Source: Nostoc sp. (lineage in GTDB: Bacteria; Cyanobacteriota; Cyanobacteriia; Cyanobacteriales; Nostocaceae). Taken from it: a DNA stretch of 64,000 nt. The notes beneath the pieces are model-generated. The model saw nothing but the letters and a program-made list of their open reading frames with translations. It made no database searches and was not told where the DNA came from. The stretch covers positions 64,126 through 128,125 of the forward strand of contig NZ_JBALEO010000077.1 in assembly GCF_036918015.1 (NCBI RefSeq), written 5' to 3'. Position 1 is the first letter of the stretch; every line of letters starts with the position of its first letter. The translations under genes were made by a program, and so were the position numbers. This document shows positions 1 through 9,540 of the stretch, piece by piece.

Positions 1-205
1 GGGATCAAACTAAATATTATTGTTTCCAAATATCTTCTAAGAAACTGTACTTCTCTGAAGATGATAGAATGGTGAAATTTGAATAAACACTGTAATTCCA
101 GTAGATATCTACAATAGTAACAAACAAGCTGATGCTAAAACCAATATCCTTCTTACATTAATATAGATATATTTCAAGATATCTTGACTTTTCCCAGAAG
201 TCCCT

Positions 206-541
206 TTGATGCAAAACACTCGTCTCAACAACTTGTTCGATGCCATTGCTACACGCTTTGGGCAATGGTTTTTAAATCCTTGGCGACGGCTATCGTTGCT
301 GATAATTAGTTTTTTGTTCGGTTTTTTTCTGGGAAACGCAGTTTCTACTACAGCTGGACAACGGGCAGAGTTAGACATTGTGGCAGCTGGTTTTTTAGTA
401 TTGTTGACGGAAATTACCAGCAGAATATTTTACAGTCGTAGTTTTTTGGAAAGGCGATCGCTCTTGGTAGACTCACTAAATCTTCTCAAAGTTGGTTTGA
501 TCTACAGCCTGTTTCTCGAAGCTTTTAAGCTGGGATCGTAG
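206..541 (+). CDS. DUF565 / Ycf20-like small membrane protein
   Basis: 111 aa with hydrophobic segments; NPWRRLSLLIISFLFGFFLG and FKLGS C-terminus typical of cyanobacterial Ycf20/DUF565. Confidence 0.75.
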   Translation: MMQNTRLNNLFDAIATRFGQWFLNPWRRLSLLIISFLFGFFLGNAVSTTAGQRAELDIVAAGFLVLLTEITSRIFYSRSFLERRSLLVDSLNLLKVGLIYSLFLEAFKLGS

Positions 542-556
542 TCAGATGGAGAATTT

Positions 557-1600
557 ATGAATTTGTGGCTGAGTGTTTTAGCAAGCAATGGGGTGGGGGA
601 AACTTGGAAGCAGGAAGCAAGAGAAGCAGCGCTGGCAGATCGGTTAAGGGCAAAAGCTTTTGGGATCGCGCCGGAAAATGTTGATGAAACGATCGAAAGG
701 CGATCGCATTTACTAAAATCTGTCTTTCCAGCTTTTAGCGAATTCTGTAAAGCTACTCTCCAAGTACAACCCCAGGAAATGTTACAGGTATTGTGGGACT
801 TGTGGCTGCCTTTGGGGATTAAACTAGCATCGCAGCGCCAACAGTTGGGACGCCCACTGATTCAAGGCATATTGGGAGGACAAGGTACTGGTAAAACCAC
901 AATGTCCAAAATTCTCATTTTGATTCTCGATCATTTGGGATACAGGACTGTGAGTTTATCTTTGGATGACTTATATAAAACTTACAGCGATCGCTTGCTT
1001 TTGAAACAGCAAGATCCCCGCTTAATTTGGCGGGGCCCACCAGGAACCCATGATATAGACTTAGGCTTAAATGTACTAGATCAAATCCGTGAGTTGCAAA
1101 GCCCAGTAATGCTTCCCCGCTTTGATAAATCAGCTTTTGGAGGTGCTGGCGATCGCACTACTTCCGAAATGGTGGCGGATGTAGATATTGTACTATTTGA
1201 AGGTTGGTTTGTGGGTGTGCGACCAATCGAACCAGATGTATTTGATACTGCGCCACCGCCAATTGTCACAGATGAAGATAGAGCATTCGCCCGTGAGATG
1301 AATCTTCGCCTCCACGATTATTTACCACTGTGGGAGCGATTGGACAGTTTAATTGTGCTGTATCCCATCGATTACCGCTGTTCTTTGGAGTGGCGTAAAC
1401 AGGCGGAACAACAGATGATTGCTGCGGGGAAATCAGGGATGAGTAATGCAGATATAGAGCAATTTGTCAATTATTTTTGGCGATCGCTTCACCCGGAATT
1501 ATTCATCAAACCGTTGGTAAGAGATGCAACAGTGGTTGATATGGTGATTGAGATTCATCCCGATCATAGCTTTGGTCAAGTATATTGCGATCGGGCTTAG
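557..1600 (+). CDS. D-glycerate 3-kinase (plant/cyanobacterial GLYK type, P-loop kinase)
   Basis: Walker A GGQGTGKTT, SLDDLY, RGPPGTHD, P-RFDKS, VLFEGWFVG motifs. Confidence 0.85.
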   Translation: MNLWLSVLASNGVGETWKQEAREAALADRLRAKAFGIAPENVDETIERRSHLLKSVFPAFSEFCKATLQVQPQEMLQVLWDLWLPLGIKLASQRQQLGRPLIQGILGGQGTGKTTMSKILILILDHLGYRTVSLSLDDLYKTYSDRLLLKQQDPRLIWRGPPGTHDIDLGLNVLDQIRELQSPVMLPRFDKSAFGGAGDRTTSEMVADVDIVLFEGWFVGVRPIEPDVFDTAPPPIVTDEDRAFAREMNLRLHDYLPLWERLDSLIVLYPIDYRCSLEWRKQAEQQMIAAGKSGMSNADIEQFVNYFWRSLHPELFIKPLVRDATVVDMVIEIHPDHSFGQVYCDRA

Positions 1601-1727
1601 GGCGTTAGTTCTCAAGCAAATCAGCTAAAAACATTATAATTTGCTGAAAGCGTGATTTATCCTACTCCTTAGACCAAAAATGCCAGAGGTATAATTAGAG
1701 AAGTTATAAAAAGCTCTCTCGGTAATT

Positions 1728-1961
1728 TTAACTACTTGGGAAACCTCCAGCTTGAAAAATCTGTTCGGCGGTTAAATTCAATTCTGGGAAAGTAGGCGAG
1801 ACTATGCGATCTGTACCTCTAAATTGAGTAACTTGGTATTCACCATCGATTAGTTGATAAATAGACATAGTAGGCTATTTGGGGTTGCCAGTGAACTTTT
1901 TAGCGCCTAAACCGAGATAATCTACAACCCAATATTCAGGAATTCCAATACCTTCATACTT
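1728..1961 (-). pseudogene. 3' remnant of a Uma2-family (DUF820) endonuclease gene
   Basis: Own translation: KYEGIGIPEYWVVDYLGLGAKKFTGNPK*PTMSIYQLIDGEYQVTQFRGTDRIVSPTFPELNLTAEQIFQAG; internal TAG at 1875-1877; 5' half replaced by a repeat element. Confidence 0.8.
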
Positions 1962-1964
1962 ACC

Positions 1965-2082
1965 TTCCTAACCCCCCTTTTTAAGGGGGGAACCGGAATC
2001 AAAGTCCCCCTTTTTAAGGGGGATTTAGGGGGATCTAAAACTTTTTGCTACCGATAGGAGGACTTTTCAAACATCCTCTTAG
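1965..2082. repeat. Palindromic dispersed repeat (CCCCCTTTTTAAGGGGG x2) with GAGGATGTTTGAAAAGT-type end
   Basis: Two copies of ccccctttttaaggggg separated by 15 nt, followed by gacttttcaaacatcctc; sits at the break point of the Uma2 remnant. Confidence 0.7.
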
Positions 2083-2094
2083 TCATCAATACTT

Positions 2095-2760
2095 TTAAAG
2101 CTGACAAATTGCTTTTAAAACTTGTAGCAACTGACTTGAACGCTCTCTTTCCATTAAATTTAATTCTGGCAACAGATAATAAATCGGGGGATTTCCTTGT
2201 TCGATATAGACAAACTGATAACTTCTACCATTAGTCGCTAATCCCCAAACTGATTTTTGATTATCTAAATTTTTATAAGCATAAGTGAGTAACTGAGGCA
2301 AACCTGTTGATATATCAATCTGACTATTTTTAGATTCAATTAACAGTACCCAAAAATATGTTTTAGGCTTTGTATGTTTAGCTTTACTAATAGCTAAAAT
2401 ATCAAATCTGCCTTTAATTCTGATATCTTCATCTTCAACTTCAATATCAGCAATATTCTCTTCCAAAACAATCTCGATAGGATAGCGATAAAAGCCAGCT
2501 AATCTTAGTAAAGGTGCAACTGCAAGAAACTTTACCTGGCCTTCAGAAACTTTACCTGCTGTCAGGTAGCGTCGAAAGTCATTTCTAATTTGCAGAAGTT
2601 CCTGCTGTTCTGCTTCCGCGAGAGGTTCCAGAGATAAGTAGTTAGAAAATGAGTCACTGTACTGTTCTTCAAAGCTAAACAGACGCTGAACTTCTTCTAA
2701 AGATAAATTACGAGCATTGAGAATTGTCATATATTTTTGGTTGATTCGGCCACAACTCAA
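2095..2760 (-). CDS. Type I restriction HsdR N-terminal-like PD-(D/E)xK nuclease-fold protein (probable start 2730)
   Basis: GRFDIL...IESKNS, GLPQLLTYA (QxxxY), VWGLATNG motifs; paralogue at 41833..42477. Confidence 0.7.
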   Translation of the reverse strand: MSCGRINQKYMTILNARNLSLEEVQRLFSFEEQYSDSFSNYLSLEPLAEAEQQELLQIRNDFRRYLTAGKVSEGQVKFLAVAPLLRLAGFYRYPIEIVLEENIADIEVEDEDIRIKGRFDILAISKAKHTKPKTYFWVLLIESKNSQIDISTGLPQLLTYAYKNLDNQKSVWGLATNGRSYQFVYIEQGNPPIYYLLPELNLMERERSSQLLQVLKAICQL

Positions 2761-2882
2761 TCCAAATTCCTTATATAAAACCTATCTTAATCCCTGGCTG
2801 ATTACATAAAATACGAATCGGTAGCACAATTGTGCTATCCTACCGTGATAAAAAATCTAGCTTCATGAGCAAACTTTCTGTA

Positions 2883-3020
2883 CTAGCAATAAATGCGATC
2901 GCGATCGCATCTAGCAAAATTGGTGCCTGAATTAGGCGTGGTAAGCTGGCAAGTGTTGGTAGATGCCGGTACTTCACTAGTCAATGAGGATTTGTCTATG
3001 ATTGCTTTCAAATTTCTCAT
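2883..3020 (-). CDS. Small unannotated ORF (45 aa) or truncated gene start
   Basis: ATG at 3020 preceded by AGAGGAG; MRNLKAIIDKSSLTSEVPASTNTCQLTTPNSGTNFARCDRDRIYC*; ends across a tandem HIP1 site. Confidence 0.4.
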   Translation of the reverse strand: MRNLKAIIDKSSLTSEVPASTNTCQLTTPNSGTNFARCDRDRIYC

Positions 3021-3433
3021 TTGCTTCTCCTCTAATGAAAAGTTTTTAATTTTTGGCTGACAAGGTGAACTGTTACAATGCAGCCGAAACTAGACTTGCA
3101 TTGAATAGTTCAAACCTATTTACTGAGTTTTAATTACAACGTAACTTTACTGCCATACTCAGCCGTCAAATAGCAAGCACGAAATCATTAAGTTAAATTG
3201 ACTTACGGTTATAGTTACTATTTACATTTCTTAATGATTACAAGTACATGATAACAATAGTGTTATCTGATTGATATTACATAACTTTTTTATTGGATTC
3301 GCCGCAAAATATTAATTAAAATTAAACAATAAATTATAATTGCTATAAAAAAGGTATGATTTTGTTCTTTTCATTTAATTAAATATATTTATTATCATTC
3401 TCTGGATTTTGGGAAATTATTTTGGAAAGTCTC

Positions 3434-4924
3434 TTAGCGCTTGATAGGATTCATCCAAGCTTCTAATCGGCTAAATGCCTGGGAAGAAAGTAGCGTCAAA
3501 CATAAATAAACCACCGATACACCTGCGTAAATCTCAAAGGCGCGATAGTTGTCAGCAACAATTAACTGTCCTTTACGTACTAATTCTTCAAACCCAATCA
3601 CAGAAACTAAGCTAGTATCTTTCAACAAACTGATAAACTCATTCCCCAAAGGTGGAATCATCCGCCGGAAAGCTTGGGGAAAAATTACATAACTCATAGT
3701 TTGCACAGAACTTAAACCTAATGATTTTGCTGCTTCTGCTTGTCCTGGTTCAATTGATTGAATTCCAGCACGAACAATTTCGGCAATGTATGCAGCGCTA
3801 TTCAAACTTAAGGCAATTACCCCAGCACTTAGACGATCGAAAGAAAATGTCCAACCAAATTCTTGTAAAATTGCTGGTAAACCAAAGTAAATCATAAAAA
3901 TTTGTACCAGCAAAGGCGTTCCTCGAAAAAAATCTACATACGCCCTGGCCAACCAACGCACAGGTGCAATATGAGAAAGGCGAACAATACCAATTAAGGA
4001 ACCGCCAATTAAACCAAATACTACCGAAAGTATCGTCAACTGCAACGTTATCAATGCACCCTGTAATAGACTAGGAAAAGCCTGTAAAACCACGCTAATT
4101 GAAGTTAATATTTTAGGTGCGCCAGCGTTAATTTGATTCTCAAATGGTGATTTAGCTGGTAGTGATGGTGGTTCAACTTTAAACCATTTCTGGTAAATTT
4201 GGGTATAAGTGCCATTTTTCAGCACCCTATCCAAGCCATCATTTATCAATGTCAAATTCGGCGAGTTTTTAGGTGTAGCAATTCCATAAAACTCTTCCGT
4301 CAGCAATTTCTCTACTACTTTAATTCCCTGAAGATTGCCCGTATTAATAGCATATACAGTCATAGGTGCATCATTAATTACTGCATCCACATTGCCATTG
4401 AGCAATTCTTGCAAAGCTACGGGCGCAGAATCAAAGCTGCGAATTTGCACTCCTGGAATACTCTTAGCCTTTGCAGCCCCGGTTGTACCAATTTGTACAG
4501 CAATTTTCTTATTTTTAAGACTGTCAAAACCAGTAATATCTTGATTGTCTGCGCGAATTGCGATCGCTAATCCAGCCTTAAAATAAGGACGGGAAAAAGA
4601 AATCGTCTTCGCCCTCTCCTCTGTAATTGTGATGGAACTAATCGCAGCATCTACCGTTTTGGCTGCTAAAGCTGAGATCATGCCATCAAAAGGAATACTT
4701 TGAAGATTTAATTTGAAGTTAGCAGAGGAAGCGATCGCATTCATTAAATCAATCGAAAAACCTTGTAACTCACCACTTTTTTTCTGAAACTCAAAAGGTG
4801 GAAACGTCGGATCTGTAACAACCCGCAGAGTTTTACCCGCGCTAGGGTTCATAACACAGCCAGCCAGTAACAAACAGCTAAAACCTACAACCACACACCA
4901 GCGCCCAAAACCAAATTTAACCAT
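3434..4924 (-). CDS. Polar amino acid ABC transporter, fused substrate-binding protein and permease (BgtB-like)
   Basis: Lipoprotein signal LLLAGC, PBPb domain (DPTFPPFEF, FSRPYF), His/Glu/Gln permease (FFRGTPLLVQ, AYIAEIVRAGIQSI). Confidence 0.9.
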   Translation of the reverse strand: MVKFGFGRWCVVVGFSCLLLAGCVMNPSAGKTLRVVTDPTFPPFEFQKKSGELQGFSIDLMNAIASSANFKLNLQSIPFDGMISALAAKTVDAAISSITITEERAKTISFSRPYFKAGLAIAIRADNQDITGFDSLKNKKIAVQIGTTGAAKAKSIPGVQIRSFDSAPVALQELLNGNVDAVINDAPMTVYAINTGNLQGIKVVEKLLTEEFYGIATPKNSPNLTLINDGLDRVLKNGTYTQIYQKWFKVEPPSLPAKSPFENQINAGAPKILTSISVVLQAFPSLLQGALITLQLTILSVVFGLIGGSLIGIVRLSHIAPVRWLARAYVDFFRGTPLLVQIFMIYFGLPAILQEFGWTFSFDRLSAGVIALSLNSAAYIAEIVRAGIQSIEPGQAEAAKSLGLSSVQTMSYVIFPQAFRRMIPPLGNEFISLLKDTSLVSVIGFEELVRKGQLIVADNYRAFEIYAGVSVVYLCLTLLSSQAFSRLEAWMNPIKR

Positions 4925-5000
4925 ATTATTTTCTCTCCCTCTCTGCGCTCTCTGCGCCTCTGCGGTTCGTTAAAAACCTTACAATCAACTTTAGAGCAGC

Positions 5001-5768
5001 TTGATACAAGTAATGAACAATACCATCCCCGCGATTATTTTTGACAATATCGAAAAAAACTTTGGTTCCCTAAAAGTCCTCAAAGGGATTACCGGCGAAA
5101 TCAACCGGGGAGAAGTCGTTGCAGTTATCGGTTCCTCCGGCTGTGGTAAAAGTACCCTATTACGCTGCTTCAACCGCCTAGAAACCATTGACAAAGGGCG
5201 TTTAATCATCAACGGAATCAACTTATCTAGGCCCACTGTCAACTATAGCCAACTGCGGCAACTACGAACACAAGTAGGCATGGTTTTCCAACAGTTCAAC
5301 CTGTTTCCTCATCTCAGTGTCTTAGAAAATATGACACTCGCACTGCGTAAAGTCTTGGGTAAAACACCAAAAGAAAGCGCCCAAATAGCGAGATTATATT
5401 TAGAAAAAGTTGGTTTATCTGACAAAGCCTCTGCTTATCCCGAACAACTTTCTGGCGGACAAAAGCAACGAGTAGCGATCGCTCGTAGTTTATGTATGAA
5501 TCCCCAAATCATGCTATTTGACGAACCCACCAGCGCCCTAGATCCCGAACTTGTCGGCGAAGTTCTGCAAGTGATGCAGCAATTAGCCACAGAAGGCATG
5601 ACAATGGTAGTTGTCACCCATGAAATGCAGTTTGCCAAAGAAGTAGCCCATCAAGTTATATTTTTAGACAAAGGTATTGTGACAGAACAAGGCCCAGCCT
5701 ATGAAGTACTGACCAATCCCCAAAGCGATCGCCTACGTATTTTCCTAAGTCGCCTCAACGTTAGATAG
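5001..5768 (+). CDS. Polar amino acid ABC transporter ATP-binding protein (GlnQ/BgtA-like)
   Basis: GSSGCGKST, LSGGQKQRVAIAR, LFDEPTSALDPE, VTHEM. Confidence 0.92.
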   Translation: MIQVMNNTIPAIIFDNIEKNFGSLKVLKGITGEINRGEVVAVIGSSGCGKSTLLRCFNRLETIDKGRLIINGINLSRPTVNYSQLRQLRTQVGMVFQQFNLFPHLSVLENMTLALRKVLGKTPKESAQIARLYLEKVGLSDKASAYPEQLSGGQKQRVAIARSLCMNPQIMLFDEPTSALDPELVGEVLQVMQQLATEGMTMVVVTHEMQFAKEVAHQVIFLDKGIVTEQGPAYEVLTNPQSDRLRIFLSRLNVR

Positions 5769-5772
5769 TTAA

Positions 5773-5915
5773 GAGTTAGGAGTTAGGAGTTAGGAGTTAG
5801 GAGTTATAAATTAAAGGCTTCTTTTGCACTCATCACGGGCTAAACACTCCGCTACCACTAACATCACTCATCCCTCAGCACTCAGCACTCAGCACTCAGC
5901 ACTCAGCACTCAGCA
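5773..5915. repeat. STRR heptamer arrays (GAGTTAG)n and (CTCAGCA)6
   Basis: Tandem 7-mers seen directly at 5773-5806 and 5874-5915. Confidence 0.9.
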
Positions 5916-5919
5916 CTCT

Positions 5920-6126
5920 TTAAAGATACTCGCGCAAAAAATCAAAGGGATCGTCTTCCCAACAAGGTTCAGGTATTAGCCAAAATAAACTACCGCTGAT
6001 GTCAGCTTCAATTTCATCACCGTCGTCTCTATCAAATAGTTCTATCAAAGCTGTCCAATCACGTTCTCTGAGAGATGTTATCGATGGGGCATATACCTGG
6101 AGATTATTGGAGTAATTCACGCGCAA
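5920..6126 (-). CDS. Small hypothetical protein
   Basis: 68 aa ORF with acidic, Trp-rich C-terminus (WLIPEPCWEDDPFDFLREYL); no overlapping gene. Confidence 0.6.
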   Translation of the reverse strand: MRVNYSNNLQVYAPSITSLRERDWTALIELFDRDDGDEIEADISGSLFWLIPEPCWEDDPFDFLREYL

Positions 6127-6202
6127 AGTTGTGCTTAACAGCCGTAAAAAGTTAGTATAAAAATTTAGAAATAATCAGATTCTAGCTTTGACAACCGCAG
6201 TT

Positions 6203-6284
6203 ATACCAATTCCAAATTCAAAAAGTCTGATTTAATCTGGCTTCTCAGGTTTGTATCTATCACATTCTTTTTTCAAACAGGTAT
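6203..6284. mobile_element. Short MITE-like element, ATACCAAT-end family
   Basis: Left end ataccaatt; right end cacattcttttttcaaacaggtat matches the right end of the 12272..12374 element. Confidence 0.5.
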
Positions 6285-6385
6285 TAAATAGTTATTTTGA
6301 TACTATTTAATATGGACTACTCTCATAAGTGTCTCACAATTTAAATAGGACTGCTATAGTATTTATTACATATTACAAGCTGAAT

Positions 6386-7132
6386 TTACTCAGACTGGAA
6401 AAATCCTTGAGGCTGAGATTCTACTAATTCCACGCCAAAGACTTCCGCAAAAGATTCTGCTATGTAAAAACGCACTTCTTGGCAGGTGATACCTGGAATC
6501 CATTCGGCTAAACTGCCTACAGGTTTGTCAGAAATACCGCAGGGTACAATGCGCTCAAAGCCTGTCATATCTGGACAAACATTTAACGCAAAGCCGTGCA
6601 TAGTAATCCAACGGCTGACTTTAATACCAATTGCTGCAACTTTTCGCCCTTGCAACCAAACGCCAGTAAAAGCCGGAATTCTTTCTCCTTGCAATCCATA
6701 AATTGCCAATACACGAATTATTACTTCTTCGAGTTGCCGTAAGTACCAATGGAGGTCTTTGCGATAACGTTGCAGATTTAAAATTGGATAGCCCACCAGT
6801 TGACCGGGACAATGGTAAGTAACCTCGCCGCCTCGTTCAACTCGATGCACATCATACTCACTGTTTACCCTGAGCGAAGCCGTTCGCGCAGCGTCTCGTA
6901 GAGAAGGGTCAATATCAAATTTGAGAAAGTCTGAGTTGCTTCCTTGTCCCAAAGTATAGACAGCAGGATGTTCTAGCAAAATTAATACGTCATCTAGACT
7001 TGGGTCATGAATGCGCTCAGTTAGAAGCGATCGCTGCCATCCATGAGCTTCCAAGTAAGGCATTAATCCTTTATTATACAGCAAACAAATATTTTTGTGT
7101 GGTTCCCTACTATGGATCATGCCAAAATTCAA
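6386..7132 (-). CDS. lipB: Lipoyl(octanoyl) transferase with an in-frame repeat insertion
   Basis: [47 protein letters not shown]. Confidence 0.95.
   Translation of the reverse strand: MNFGMIHSREPHKNICLLYNKGLMPYLEAHGWQRSLLTERIHDPSLDDVLILLEHPAVYTLGQGSNSDFLKFDIDPSLRDAARTASLRVNSEYDVHRVERGGEVTYHCPGQLVGYPILNLQRYRKDLHWYLRQLEEVIIRVLAIYGLQGERIPAFTGVWLQGRKVAAIGIKVSRWITMHGFALNVCPDMTGFERIVPCGISDKPVGSLAEWIPGITCQEVRFYIAESFAEVFGVELVESQPQGFFQSE
6863..6907. repeat. Nested small dispersed repeat (about 24 nt plus 21 nt) inside lipB
   Basis: Minus strand ccttctctacgagacgctgcgcgaacggcttcgctcagggtaaac encodes [15 protein letters not shown]; related to the repeat at 61998-62024. Confidence 0.75.
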
Positions 7133-7739
7133 CCGTATAAAGAACTAAATATATTTCAAGTTACAGGATTAGAATCAACAATTGTCAAGCTTTGCAAAGG
7201 ATTTTAAAGGAAAGTCAAGGGAAGATGCATTAGAAAATACAAAGTGCTAGCTTGAATATACAACCTCAATAGGTTTTAGGAGGAATTCTCTGCAATAAGC
7301 ATTATGCCAAGACAATAAGGAAGAATGTACTGGCTGATGACTTTAATATCATTGTTTGCATTTCAAACAGAATCAAACTTCCACAAAGCCTTGTATTCTT
7401 GAGCAACAGCAAGCAAACCTCAATCGAACACAGAAGGAGCAACTATCAACAGTTCTGTAAGCATTCCTTTAAAGGAAAAGGTAGTCATAGGAGCTAAATT
7501 AGATTTCCTCACTCAATAGTGCTAATTGGATATACAATTAGACATCAGCGCAGAGATGAGGAAGTAAATCAAGGCTATACTTGACAATTCCTCAGATGCA
7601 GCAAGCTGAGAGATAGCTTAACAGCAGTAAATACAATATAGTTCACAATTTGTTTTGGCGGGAGTAATAAACCTTACCGCAATTTCTTTTCATACAAAGC
7701 AAATTCACACATCCAAAATATTCAGCGGGAGAGTATTAC

Positions 7740-8387
7740 ATGAAGCTTGTCATCCACGGCAAAAATATTGAAATCACCGATGCGATTCGTGAGTATGTAC
7801 ATCAAAAGATTGAAAAAGCAGTTAGTCACTTTCAAAGCATTACAAATGAAGTGGATGTGCATCTTAGCGTCGCTCGGAATCCCCGAATTAATCCAAGACA
7901 AGCAGCTGAAGTAACTATTTATGCTAATGGTAGCGTTATTCGTGCCGAGGAAAGCAGCGAAAGTCTATATGCCAGCATTGACTTAGTTGCAGATAAAATT
8001 GCTCGTCAACTGCGGAAATATAAAGAACGGCGTCAAGACCAGAAAACTCATGCTCTACCAACAGAAGTAGTTGTTGCAGAGTCGATAGTAACAGATTTAA
8101 TTGGCGATCGCACCCCCGAATTGCCCAACGAAGTCGTCCGCACCAAATATTTTTCCATGCCGCCGATGACTGTTGCAGAAGCCCTAGAACAACTGCAACT
8201 CGTAGGACACGACTTTTATATGTTCCATAATTCTGAAACTGGAGAGATTAATGTAATTTACGAACGTAACCACGGCGGTTATGGCGTCATCCATCCCCGC
8301 AATGGTAACGGACATACTAACGGCAAAAATGGCAAGGCAAGCCATACTAATATAGTCATGCCAGAAAAGTCCCATTCTAGTAAATAG
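7740..8387 (+). CDS. hpf: Ribosome hibernation promoting factor (LrtA/long HPF)
   Basis: [41 protein letters not shown]-terminal [13 protein letters not shown]...GHDFY. Confidence 0.95.
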   Translation: MKLVIHGKNIEITDAIREYVHQKIEKAVSHFQSITNEVDVHLSVARNPRINPRQAAEVTIYANGSVIRAEESSESLYASIDLVADKIARQLRKYKERRQDQKTHALPTEVVVAESIVTDLIGDRTPELPNEVVRTKYFSMPPMTVAEALEQLQLVGHDFYMFHNSETGEINVIYERNHGGYGVIHPRNGNGHTNGKNGKASHTNIVMPEKSHSSK

Positions 8388-8413
8388 GCACTGGGAATAG
8401 GGAGATGAGGGGA

Positions 8414-8472
8414 GCAGCACTTCGGCTCCCTTCCCTACGGGACGCTACGCGTAGCTTGCTTCCCCGGAGGGG
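8414..8472. repeat. Composite small dispersed repeat at the copR deletion junction
   Basis: gcagcacttcggct shared with 61998-62011; 8441-8462 is the exact reverse complement of 19303-19324. Confidence 0.7.
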
Positions 8473-8532
8473 TAAGGTACGCTTAATTGCCGAACCCAAA
8501 TCTGGCTCATCTTCGACTAGCAGGACTCGCAT
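8473..8532 (-). pseudogene. First 20 codons of an OmpR-family response regulator (CopR/RppA type)
   Basis: MRVLLVEDEPDLGSAIKRTL is a receiver-domain N-terminus; the frame then runs into repeat DNA; no kinase gene follows. Confidence 0.8.
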
Positions 8533-8662
8533 ATTATCTATTAAAACTAAAACGCTCATCTACTTTTTTGGCATCAATCTCTACAAGCATTTTCACTTGA
8601 TATTGACCTGAAGACTTTATCACGAATTACGTTAGCGCAGCGTTAGCGACGCAGGAGCGTCA

Positions 8663-8725
8663 TTACGAATTACGAATTACGAATTACGAATTACGAATTA
8701 CGAATTACGAATTACGAATTACGAA
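8663..8725. repeat. STRR heptamer array (TTACGAA)9
   Basis: Nine perfect tandem units; short copy also near 25596. Confidence 0.95.
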
Positions 8726-9424
8726 TTACTTGTTGTACCAAGCTTTTCGCCACTGTTGCATTTGTTTAATCTCTATATCTTGGGCTTTGATAATTTCTTG
8801 GGCTAATTTCTTGATTTCAGGGCGTTTAGACTTACTTAAGGTATCTTTTCCCATTGTTACAGCCCCTTCGTGGTGAGGAATCATCGCATTGATAAAGCGC
8901 AAATCAAATTCAGCATCAGCTGCACCTAAGTCTTGACTCATCATCATAGTTTGCATCTGGTCAGACGACATCTCCATCATGTGACCCATTTGGCTGTTGT
9001 AAGCCATTGGTTTATCTCCCGCCTTGGGATACCAAGCTTGTCGCCACTGCTTCATCTGAGTGATTTCTTGGTTTTGCGATTTGATAATATTGTCTGCTAA
9101 TTTTTTGATTTCAGGACGTTTTGATTTCTGCTGCGCAACATTCGCCATTTCCACAGCCCCTTGATGGTGCGGTATCATAGCGTCAATAAATCGTAAATCA
9201 AAATTAGCATCGGCTGGGCCTAAATCCATTCCCATGCTGTGATTTGTCATGCCACCACCGTGGTTCATCATCTGCTTGTCTTTAGTATTGGTGGCGGTTT
9301 CCTTTGGCGCTTGGCTTTGGTTCTGGGAAGCAGTACTAGTACAGCCTGTAATTAACCCACCGGCTGAAGCGATCGCAGTAAAAGTTAGCGCTAAAAAGCC
9401 ATTCCTTAAAAATAGCAGTTGCAT
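8726..9424 (-). CDS. DUF305 periplasmic metal-binding lipoprotein (CopM-like)
   Basis: Lipobox LITGC; two DUF305 repeats FDLRFIDAMIPHHQGAV / FDLRFINAMIPHHEGAV; Met/His-rich. Confidence 0.85.
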   Translation of the reverse strand: MQLLFLRNGFLALTFTAIASAGGLITGCTSTASQNQSQAPKETATNTKDKQMMNHGGGMTNHSMGMDLGPADANFDLRFIDAMIPHHQGAVEMANVAQQKSKRPEIKKLADNIIKSQNQEITQMKQWRQAWYPKAGDKPMAYNSQMGHMMEMSSDQMQTMMMSQDLGAADAEFDLRFINAMIPHHEGAVTMGKDTLSKSKRPEIKKLAQEIIKAQDIEIKQMQQWRKAWYNK

Positions 9425-9469
9425 AAATCTTACCTAATATATTTCTAATTCTAATGATCTAATGATCTA

Positions 9470-9486
9470 ATGAAATTTAGATGAAA
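9470..9486 (-). promoter_or_regulatory. CopR-type direct-repeat operator TTTCAT-N5-TTTCAT
   Basis: Minus strand TTTCATCTAAATTTCAT about 45 nt upstream of the DUF305 start, followed by a TAGAAT -10-like hexamer; matches the CopR box described for Synechocystis copMRS. Confidence 0.75.
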
Positions 9487-9490
9487 TCTA

Positions 9491-9530
9491 AAGATCCCCG
9501 ACAACTTGTTTTTACAAAGTCGGGGATCTT
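9491..9530. repeat. REP-like inverted repeat
   Basis: aagatccccgac...gtcggggatctt perfect 12 bp arms. Confidence 0.7.
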
Positions 9531-9540
9531 GTTTCTTATT

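Noticed and set aside
7133-7739. 600 bp lipB-hpf intergenic region as an ncRNA or riboswitch
   Set aside because: No recognisable RNA family motif; consistent with divergent promoters and a long hpf/lrtA leader
8405-8611. 68 aa plus-strand ORF and the full 60 aa minus-strand ORF 8377..8559
   Set aside because: Largely composed of repeat DNA; only the 20-codon receiver-domain start on the minus strand has protein-like sequence
5773-8725. Tandem repeats as a CRISPR array
   Set aside because: Contiguous 7-mers without spacers (STRR); no cas genes and no 25-40 nt repeat-spacer structure anywhere in the window
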